Assembly (NCBI GenBank): GCA_964016885.1 | Contig: OZ024741.1 | Coordinates: 29,512,001 to 29,576,000 of the forward strand | DNA: 64,000 nt | Direction of reading: 5' to 3' | Source: Eledone cirrhosa | Lineage: Eukaryota | Shown: one piece after another, positions 54,454-64,000 of the stretch | Numbering within the stretch: position 1 is the first letter of the stretch | Layout of the letters: each line of letters begins with the position of its first letter | The notes under the pieces: model-generated | Databases searched by the model: none | What the model saw: the letters and a program-made list of their open reading frames with translations, nothing else | Told to the model about the DNA's origin: nothing | Made by a program: the position numbers and the translations under genes

Positions 54454-56533
54454 CACACATACATACATATACACACATACATACAAATACTTGTCACTTA
54501 ATTTACACATACATCGGCCTTACACTTTCATACACACATACATACATATACACACATACATACAAATACCTGTCACTTAATTTACACACACATCGGCCTT
54601 ACACTTTCAAACTAAATTTTTCTGTAGAAGTAACTTTAACCCTTTATTTTTCGATACCCATTTACTTACTAACATTTGTATCACAACAACAATAACAATA
54701 TCCATAAACAGACAGTAGACTTTCAAAGTCAATTTTTCTGTAGAAGTAACTTTCACCATTTCTTTTGGACATAAAATGCCACCTAAAAAGAGAAGTCGCC
54801 TCAGTCGACATACCGCGTCAGCAGTGGCGCAAAAGGCTACTATAGCAAACGAGTCCTCTGAGGAAAATGCTTCAAGACTTTCACAGACAGCCTTACGTTC
54901 AGCAGAATGAAGGAACTACTGACTGTTTATACCTCAAGGTAAAAAAAAAAAAACCCCTGATCCCCCAATAAAAAACGCTCCTGGGGGTACCGGAAAAACT
55001 TTTGTAACGAATTTGATTCTCGCTAAGATTCGTCAGGAGAAAAAAGTTGCGTTGTCCGTTGCATCGTCCGGGATCGCTGCTACGTTGCTGCCGGGAGGCA
55101 GGACAGCACATTCAACCTTTAAACTCCCTTTGGATTTAGTAAAAACTGAGACACCAACATGCAATATCAGCAAGAGTTCACACAAAGCTCTGGTTCTCAA
55201 AAGATGTTGCCTCATTGTTTGGGATGAGTGCACAATGGCACACAAGGGTGCACTTGAGGCATTGGACAGGGCCCAGAGAGACATTATGGATTCTAGGGCT
55301 CCTACGGCGTAGGAGATTTTCGGAAAACGCTGCCTGTCATTCCCAAATGGACAAGAGCTGATGAAGTGCGTGCCTGTCTTAAGTCGTCCATGTTGTGGCT
55401 CCAGGTGAATAGTTTGTACCTGAGCACAAATATGCGTGCTCATTTGCATGGTGACAACATGTCTGCAGCACAGAACATTTTAGCACTTGGTGAGGGCAAG
55501 ATCCCTGCGGATGACAAGGGCGGCATAGCAATCGACACCATGTGCAACATTGTGAGCAGCCCTTCTGACCTTTGGGAAGCAGTTTTTCCTAATGTCTCAT
55601 CTAACTTTAACAACCTCGATTGGCTCAGCGAAAGAGCCATCCTTGCTCCGAAAAATACCATGGTTAATTTTATTAACGAGCAGCTGATTGAGAAGATTCC
55701 CGGTAAAGAGCACATCTTCAAATCAGACCCCGACGATATCGTTAATTATCCGGTTGAGTTATTAAATCTCCTTGAGCCCCCAGGGCTCCCACCTCACATT
55801 ATTAAGCTTAGGGTTGGCTGTCCCATTATGCTAATAAGGAACTTGCGTCCACCAAAGCAGTGCAACGGTACTCTCATGGTCGTCAAGTCACTGACACCCA
55901 CTTGATTGAGGCCACCATTGTAACGGGGTGCGGAAGAGGGGAGAATGTTTTCATTCCAAGGATGAACCTTTTCCCCTCGGCGTCAGATATCCCGTTCGAT
56001 TTCCGGCGATCCCAATTCCCGGTGAGACCATGTTTTGCCATGTCCATTAACAAGTCACAAGGGCAAACATTGTCGGTGGCGGGCATCCATTTGGGGGAGC
56101 CATGCTTCTCCCATGGTCAACTTTATGTTGCCTGTTCCCGCGCAGGGAGCAGGAATTGACTTTTTGCTTACTCTCCTAAAGGGATGACACGCAATATCGT
56201 CTACAAAGAGGTGCTATAAATGTTGGTGCAGGTGTTGGAGCTATGCCGTCTGGAACACTATTTCCTGGTAGGGTATCCCATGGCGGACAGATCTGACACC
56301 CAGCGGCATCAAGGCCACCATCTTGCAACTTTGGTCTACTAAATTCGCTATTGGAAGATTATTAACCCATCATTGATTGACCAAAATGCTAATTGGTTCG
56401 TAACTTTTAATAACCGGTTCAACTGCTTTATGCACTTAATTGATAAGCTTATTCGCTTTCAAACCACGTTTACCTGTATATAACTTTTCATAGCAAATGA
56501 ACAAACCCGAGCAACGTCGGGCTAAACTGCTAG
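53601..56533 (+). mobile_element. Internally deleted Helitron
   Basis: 5' a|TC...TCTATAAAAGGCAG (approximate); 3' hairpin cccgagcaacgtcggg then CTAG|t; PIF1 helicase remnant inside. Confidence 0.88.
54976..56218 (+). pseudogene. Helitron PIF1-family helicase fragment, frameshifted
   Basis: APGGTGKTF, GRTAHSTFKLP, WDECTM, QFPVRPCFAMSINKSQGQTL, FSHGQLYVACSR. Confidence 0.93.
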
Positions 56534-56572
56534 TATATTAATAAATGGAAACTATATTTATAAAACCATAAT

Positions 56573-56638
56573 TATTTTATTATATATATTTCAAGGGTAG
56601 CCAAGGCAAATTATGGTGCGCTTTCATCAGATAAAATA
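56573..56638 (-). ncRNA. Type I hammerhead ribozyme (minus strand)
   Basis: tattttat-CTGATGA-aag...ctt-GAAA-tatata-TA-ataaaata. Confidence 0.82.
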
Positions 56639-56748
56639 CAGATTTGTTTTATAAATAAATATTGACATACCCGGAAAAAAGACAACTTCAACCGTTAAGG
56701 TTGTCTTTTTTTCCGGGTATGTCAATATTTATTTATAAAACAAATCTG

Positions 56749-56814
56749 TATTTTATCTGACGAAAGAGCACCATAATTTGCCTTGGCTACCCTTGAAATA
56801 TATATAATAAAATA
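56749..56814 (+). ncRNA. Type I hammerhead ribozyme (plus strand)
   Basis: tattttat-CTGACGA-aag...ctt-GAAA-tatata-TA-ataaaata. Confidence 0.82.
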
Positions 56815-56892
56815 ATTATGGTTTTATCGATATGTATGTATATGTATACGTGCATCCTGTGTAAGTATGTACGCATGCATACGCTTTTGTCT

Positions 56893-57623
56893 GTACGTAT
56901 TACGTGTATATATATATTTTCTTATAGATATGTTTTTTATAGATATATGTGTATGTACGCGTGTATCTTCTTTTCTTTTCTTTTCTTTTCTTTTCTTTTC
57001 TCTAGCGTTAATTGACTACTTTCTCTTTCATTTAAATATTTTTTTCTTTCTCACATATTGTTTAATTTTTATACATATATCGAGAATGACACTTTCTTTT
57101 AACTATTACACTCCCTTCCTCCTTTGTCTTCCGCATATAAGTATCTAATACCTGCGTCTTGATTCGTGTCAACTAGATTATATCCGTATTTGTAGTTACA
57201 TATACACAAATATACTTGCCCTCATATATGTACTTACGCACACATTTTCACCATACACACGCATTTGTACATACATACATATGTATATTTGTGAGTGTAT
57301 ATACATACATATACACACACCTAACTATTTTTCCTTATATTCTTTTATATATTTTATATGTCTATTGCATTACCTTTATTTATATATATACATATATTAT
57401 TTGCATTTCTTGAGGAGACTTTCCAAAAATGTTTCACTATGTTTATATTGCCTTGTCCGACGAACGAATGAGGACATTTCTTTCGTATTCGTCTTATTCG
57501 GGAAACCTCTGGTAATGAGGTAATTATATTGTATTGTTTATTATACATTAAATTTTGCTCTGTTACTTACATAGAGCACTCTTCTCTCCTATGACTTTTT
57601 CAATTCCAACAGAAACTTCAATA

Positions 57624-57674
<51 letters not shown>

Positions 57675-57854
57675 ATATACATATATATATATACACATAG
57701 TCCAGAATCTTAAATGAAAGAGAAAGTAGTCAATTAACGCTAGAGAAAAGAAAAGAAAAGGAAAGAAAAGAAAAGAAAAGAAGATACACGCGTACATACA
57801 CATATATCTATAAAAAACATATATCTATAAGAAAATATATATATACACGTAATA

Positions 57855-57860
<6 letters not shown>
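56893..57860. repeat. ~145-bp inverted repeat pair (56893-57034 / 57710-57860)
   Basis: Arms share ...ctagcgttaattgactactttctctttcatttaa and a (CTTTT)n tract. Confidence 0.88.
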
Positions 57861-57904
<44 letters not shown>

Positions 57905-57977
57905 CACAGAGTCCAGAATTAGCCGTCGAAACGGCTTGAGCTCAGCTGTCGGGGTCTTACTGGTTCCTATTATACAC

Positions 57978-58065
<88 letters not shown>

Positions 58066-58221
58066 GTTTATATATATTTGTGCGTGCGTGTGTGTGTGTT
58101 ATTTATTTTGCATGAAATAATTTTTTTTCGTTGTATACTGTCTACTGTAAATTTGCAGGTACATATTTTGTTATCCAGCAATTATTTATTATTTTCTGTT
58201 TATCTATCTATCTATCTTTCG

Positions 58222-58688
58222 TATGGTGGACGCGTCTGAAAGGACTGAGGTCAGGCACCTTTCTCTCTGGCCAACAACTGGTCCGTTTCTTCCGATATCA
58301 TTTCGGAAGAAGGATCAGGATGGAGAGAGAGGTGCTGCACCCCAGTCGTTTCTATGAAAGATGGGTGAAAGTGGCGAGAATGGCCCGTGTGAATGGGCCT
58401 TCACTCTACATCAGACTATAGGTGAGGAAGATGAAAGACCAAGGGAGCACTCCTTCTCTGTGCTCCTGAGGAGAAGGGTTGCACACTTTTTTCGGGGGGG
58501 GGGTGTGCGACCCCCCAAGGCGCCTCCTCTCTATTGAGGATTTTGTTAAAAATTTTATTTTTTGTTATATCTTATTTTATTTTTATATTTTGTTATTGCC
58601 TCCTCCTTATTGAGGACGCCTTTTTGTGTAAACTCTCCCCTTTGTACTTGTCCCACTTTTGATGCCCTAGTGACAAATAAAAGAAACA
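58222..58688 (+). mobile_element. 5'-truncated copy of a sister Tx1 family with 13-bp TSD in (TATC)n
   Basis: WWTRLKGL...EREVL...ERWV...ARMARVNGP is homologous to the ORF2 C-terminus of 26738..29182; TSD TATCTATCTTTCG at 58209-58221 and 58689-58701. Confidence 0.88.
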
Positions 58689-59008
58689 TATCTATCTTTC
58701 GATCTATACACACATTTCGATCTATACACACACACACGCGCACACACAGGTACACACAGACATAGAAACACACATAACACACACGCGCATTGAAACATAT
58801 ATATATATATATAGGTATATAAGTTCATCAAATACATGTTTCCTTGTGGTTATTTAGATGATTAAAACACATTCTGTCGAGGACCCAACAAGGTATGAAA
58901 TTCGATTAAAGGAGTTATAATTTATTTAATTTACAGGATAATTAGCATTTTCTGACATGTTTACATGTCTACATATTACGAATATCTATATGTATATACA
59001 CATTCTCT

Positions 59009-59099
<91 letters not shown>

Positions 59100-59227
59100 A
59101 AATCAATAATAATGAGTTCAAATCTCAGGCGATCATTTACAATGAAATAGCTCGAAGAAAGAGTATTTCTGAGCCGTGTAATATAGGTTAATATAAATCA
59201 ATATATTTGATAAACACAAATATCCTC

Positions 59228-59647
59228 ATATTTATGTTTGTATTGTAAATGACCAAGTTAGCTAGATAGAAATATACTAATAATAATATTACAGTTTGCC
59301 TATCATGACTTAAGATAATACATCATAAATCAACAAAAACAAAGATTGTCTTCCTAAATATTTTGAAATGGAATATATCAATTTTTATAGTGCTTGCTGA
59401 GGAGATCAAAATGCGGTATTTTCTTCCACTTTTTCATTATTCGAAACATATTTGGATTTTAAGGTTTAAACCTGTCTACGGAACAGGTTTGATTTTGAAA
59501 TTTAAATTTGTCCAAACACTACGGCCATTGCCAATACAATTTGTTTTTGTTGATTTATGATGTATTATCTTAAGTCATGATATGCAAACTGTAATATTAT
59601 TATTAGTATATTTCTATCTAGCTAACTTGGTCATTTACAATACAAAC

Positions 59648-59655
<8 letters not shown>
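59228..59655 (+). mobile_element. Non-coding foldback element (~115-bp arms) with a degenerate hammerhead in the loop
   Basis: Arms 59228-59342 / 59540-59655; agtgcttg-CTGAGGA-gatcaaa...tttgattt-GAAA...GTC-caaacact at 59389-59520. Confidence 0.7.
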
Positions 59656-59684
<29 letters not shown>

Positions 59685-59915
59685 GAAACACACAGATACA
59701 TGCGGACACACACATATATACATGAATGCATCCGCACCCAACTGTGAGTTAAGGGTGCCAACTTCACCGATGTTGCTCAATGAATGACTGGGACAGACCA
59801 ATTCAGTTTGAACCAGACTGAACCAGTATCAGAGTTAAAAATACATTATGAAGAGAGAAGAAACATTTAGATATAATTAGTAATAAAATGTATCATACCT
59901 AAACTGTTCCTAAAT

Positions 59916-60003
59916 TCCTCGACTACGTAGTTTCGTGGCATAAACAAAAACAATATATCAAAGATATAGAGTCCTTGCGAGGTCTGCCGACTTATCAAGA
60001 GGA
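59916..60003 (-). ncRNA. Hammerhead ribozyme, U3-A8 variant (minus-strand copy)
   Basis: Reverse complement of 60920-61007. Confidence 0.75.
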
Positions 60004-60328
60004 TACCTCATTTTACTAGTCTCAAGAACGCGTCTACACGACGTGAGAAAGAATCCCAAAAGGCGGAGGGGGAGATAGTCACGCGATATAACGGTCGAGA
60101 AACAGAGCTAAGCCTCTTATAACCACGAAGAAAATACCGCCTTCTTCACTACCTCTTCTGCGGCCTCGATATGAATACCCCCTCCGCCTCCGTGGTATTT
60201 TCTTCGTGGTTATAAGAGGCTTAGCTCTGTTTCTCGACCGTTATATCGTGTGACTATCTCCCCCTCCGCCTTTTGGGATTCTTTCTCACGTCGTGTAGAC
60301 GCGTTCTTGAGACTAGTAAAATGAGGTA

Positions 60329-60416
60329 TCCTCTTGATAAGTCGGCAGACCTCGCAAGGACTCTATATCTTTGATATATTGTTTTTGTTTATGCCACGAA
60401 ACTACATAGTCGAGGA
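60329..60416 (+). ncRNA. Hammerhead ribozyme, U3-A8 variant (copy 1; stem III ctacatag)
   Basis: tcctc-TTGATAA-gtcggca...tgccac-GAAA-ctacatag-TC-gagga. Confidence 0.75.
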
Positions 60417-60919
60417 ATTTACGAACAGTTTAGGTATGATACATTTTATTACTAATTATATCTAAATGTTTCTTCTCTCTTCATAATGTATTTTTAACTC
60501 TGATACTGGTTCAGTCTGGTTCAAACTGAATTGGTCTGTCCCAGTCATTCATTGAGCAACATCGGTGAAGTTGGCACCCTTAACTCACAGTTGGGTGCGG
60601 ATGCATTCATGTATATATGTGTGTGTCCGCATGTATCTGTGTGTTTCTAAATATATTAATAACTCCCTCTGGTCGAGCAATCTTTGAAGTGTGGGGACAA
60701 CTGGAAAGCTTCCATTACTCATACTTCTCGCCTTCTTCACTACCTCTTCTGCGGCCTCGATATGAATACCCGCTCCGCCTCCGTGGTATTTTCTTCGTGG
60801 TTATAAGAGGCTTAGCTCTGTTTCTCGACCGTTATATCGCGTGACTATCTCCCCCTCCGCCTTTTGGGATTCTTTCTCACGTCGTGTAGACGCGTTCTTG
60901 AGACTAGTAAAATGAGGTA

Positions 60920-61007
60920 TCCTCTTGATAAGTCGGCAGACCTCGCAAGGACTCTATATCTTTGATATATTGTTTTTGTTTATGCCACGAAACTACGTAG
61001 TCGAGGA
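60920..61007 (+). ncRNA. Hammerhead ribozyme, U3-A8 variant (copy 2; palindromic stem III ctacgtag)
   Basis: tcctc-TTGATAA-gtcggca...tgccac-GAAA-ctacgtag-TC-gagga. Confidence 0.78.
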
Positions 61008-61076
61008 ATTTAGGAACAGTTTAGGTATGATACATTTTATTACTAATTATATCTAAATGTTTCTTCTCTCTTCATA

Positions 61077-61110
<34 letters not shown>

Positions 61111-61115
<5 letters not shown>

Positions 61116-63245
61116 TAACTAAAATAATAAAAAATCTTAAATTCAAGAGATACCCCTACAAAGGACAAGAGCACCTTGTAAATCTCAAGAACACAATTTC
61201 TAACCTAAATTCCTCAAAAAATGTTTTAGTCCACTCTGACAAAACCAATAACTTATATGCTATTTCCAAGGATAATTATAACAACCTTATCCTAAAGGAA
61301 CTTAGAAAAAAGTATCGTAAAACCAACCATGAAAATTTAGAATACATAAACCTTGAAGCCTCTGAGATTATGTCAAAACTTGGCATTGAAAAAAAGACCG
61401 AACCATTCCTCCCAAGAACTCCGAGGATAAATCTCAAGGATCACAAAAACAATTTTCGCACTGAACTACCTGTTAGATTAATCGCCCCCTCTAAATCTGA
61501 TCTGGGGGTTGTTAGTAAAGCCATCTTGGATAGAATTATCCCACAGGTTAGTTCTAATTGCTCTTCTTTGAACCTAAATTTATGGTTTGGTACTTCTGAA
61601 GTGATTGGCTGGTTCAACAAATTGGATAATAAAAACAAACTAAAATTTATTCAATTTCGCCTTCACTTCTCAATAATGCTCTATCTTTCGCACTTAAATA
61701 TTCTGACATCACCACAGATGAACTTCACATCATCCTCACCGCACGTAAAACCATCCTAGAGTTCAACAACGAATATTGGACCAGAGCCGATACCTCTAAC
61801 AACTTCGACATCACAATGGGAGCATCCGATTCATCCCAATTGACTGATTTAATTGGTATCTTTATTTTGAACTCTTTGAGTCGGAAAATTCCTCAACTTC
61901 GCGGTGGAATTTATCGTGACGATGGACTCTTTACTATCTTAAATTGCAATATAGTTAACCTTAATATTATTAAGAACAATATACGTAATCTCTTTAACCA
62001 ACATAACCTAAAAATTGAATTTGATAATAGTATCAAACTAGCTAATTTCTTGGATGTATCTCTTAATCTTGACACTGGCCTATATTACCCTTACCATAAA
62101 AACAATGAGAACCTAAATTATGTTAACTTTAAATCTAACCATCCTACCAATATCAAGAATGCTATAGTTAGTAATATTGGAAAAAGAATATCTAACATAT
62201 CTTCTAATAAAAACATCTTTGATGCTAACGCCAATTACTATAATAACGCACTTTCTAAAGCTGGCTATCCAGATAAAATCAAATATAGTAAAGAAACAAA
62301 TTCTAGAAAAACTTACAGTAGAATAATTAATCATGATCATTCCAATAATTTTAATAAAAGACCTAGATACAAAAACATAATCTGGTATAATGCTCCTTTC
62401 TCCATCTCTATTAATAACAATATTCCTAAATTATTTTTTAGTGCCTTAAATAAATGCTTCCCTCCCTCACATATCTATAGTAAAATATTTAACAAACACA
62501 CCATCAAATTTTCGTATTCTACATCCCCCAATATTTCCAACATCATCTCTAAACACAACAATAAAATACTAAATACTAAATCTCTTCCTTTCAACATTGA
62601 ATTTCATAATAACAGTAATAGTACTGCCGACGTCATTGTAAACCCTAGGCTAACTTCTGTAAACCCAAATACAACGTCAAACACAACTTCGCTAAATGTT
62701 CATAATCCAACTCTAAATCAAGAAACTATTATTCCTATTATTCCTATCGCAAACAACTTCTCCAATCCAATTCCTTCTATAGATAACACTAGGTCACTCA
62801 TTAATAATCTCTCTAATTGCAACTGCCGCATTAAAAATAAATATCCTCTCAACAACCATTGTCTTGATAAAAACTTAATTTATGAATGTAAAGTTATAAC
62901 TAGCACCAATTCCTTCACCTATTTTGGCTCCACTTCCACCTCTTTTAAAGCTCGTCTCTATAATCACCATTCATCTTTCAAATACAAACTTAAAAGAACC
63001 AACAGGCTCTCTCAGAACTCATATGGTCCTTGAAAGACAAAAACATTAAATATACCATCTTTTGGAAGAAGGTTTCTTCTGCATCCTCATACTTGAACAG
63101 CTCTCTGTCTAAAATCTGTAATCTCTGCCTAAATGAAAAATTTACCATTATCTCTAATCTAGATTCTATAATAAATAGACGTACAGATTTGTTTTCTATC
63201 TGCCTGCATAAATTCCATAGGACTTTTCACAAAGTATACAGTTAA
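61111..63245 (+). pseudogene. Penelope-like RT plus GIY-YIG ORF, 5'-truncated and frameshifted
   Basis: SDKTNNLY, LKDHKNNF, RLIAPSKS, FDITMGASDS, GGIYRDDG, FLDV, WYNAPFS, CNCR, IYECKV...YFGSTSTSFKARLYNH, CNLCLNEK. Confidence 0.92.
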
Positions 63246-64000
63246 TATTCAATTCTTTATCAATTTAGAATCTTTTCTCAAAGGCACATATACATACACC
63301 TCTTTAAAATATACCCATCTTCCTACCTTACTTTAAAGGGCATTATACACTCTATAATACTTGTTTACTCATTACCCTCTTTCTATCTTCACCTTCATAA
63401 CATATACATTTGTTTTTTTGACGTTAGAATATTCATCCGCAATTATTATTATTTTTTCTCTCTATCATAAAACTTTTTAATCTCAATTTCATCCTTAATT
63501 TATTATTATTATTATTATTATTATTTTTTTTTTCTCCCCATCAACGAACTCATTCTTAATACATATTAACTCGTTCTTCGCACATATTATCAATTCCTTC
63601 AATATACAAACTTTAACTTCACATTATTTTTCTCAAATCCTTCTAAACACAAACCTTAATAATTTTTTTTTCTCTTCGTTAATTTTGAAATTGCCACAAT
63701 ACTTATCAACATACACCTTTTTCACGTTAGAATATTCATCCACAATTATTATTTTTTTCTCTCTATCTTCATACATAAACTCCCTCTCTTTCCTCGCAAA
63801 TATTTTTCCCTTCGCTAATTTTCAAATTCTTTTAATTTATACATTATCTTCCAACGGTTCTCAACCTCTCTATGTGAAACAATATATCTTTTCTCAGTTA
63901 TAAAAACTATCTCTTTCTCTCTATCACCCATCTCTCCCTCTCCACCTTCACTCTCATCTCCCCCCCCCCCCTAAATAAAATATTTTTTCCTCGTACATAT

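Larger units (their letters stand above)
56561..56826. repeat. ~265-bp near-perfect palindrome with a hammerhead in each arm
   Basis: Arms ~56561-56686 and ~56700-56826, short loop. Confidence 0.95.
59677..61080 (+). mobile_element. Retrozyme/pseudo-LTR-like element: 460-bp inverted arm plus 1.6 tandem copies of a 591-bp unit
   Basis: 59677-60138 is the reverse complement of 60194-60655; 60139-60490 is repeated at 60730-61080. Confidence 0.9.

Noticed and set aside
54976-56218. Host PIF1 gene
   Set aside because: Intronless, frameshifted and bounded by Helitron termini
61111-63245. Naiad-type (N-terminal endonuclease, selenoprotein) PLE
   Set aside because: The GIY-YIG is C-terminal, and I saw no pattern of in-frame TGA at Cys positions

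Overview
Eukaryotic, repeat-only window; I could not support any host protein-coding gene. The SINE and (TA)n/(CA)n content suggests a cephalopod such as an octopus (inference). Bases 1-22.9 kb are the right end of a 33-bp satellite array (~695 monomers) with nested higher-order duplications of 69, 110 and 417 monomers. Bases 23-64 kb are a transposon graveyard. It holds a near full-length but decayed Tx1-type LINE inserted in (TTA)n plus two truncated relatives, R4/Dong, RTE and CRE LINE fragments, about 10 tRNA-derived Nin/Deu-type SINEs, an internally deleted Helitron, mariner/Tc1 remnants and two Penelope-like elements (RT plus C-terminal GIY-YIG). The most interesting signal is a set of mostly sequence-unrelated, non-coding modules anchored in (TA)n tracts. 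Each carries a type I hammerhead ribozyme, and most share one layout: an inverted arm, then a monomer, then in some cases a partial direct repeat. One has a 591-nt spacing between ribozymes and a U3-A8 covariant core. Another is a ~265-bp hairpin with a ribozyme on each strand. These look like non-autonomous, retrozyme-like RNAs mobilised by Penelope-like elements. All calls were made by eye; coordinates of degenerate elements are approximate.
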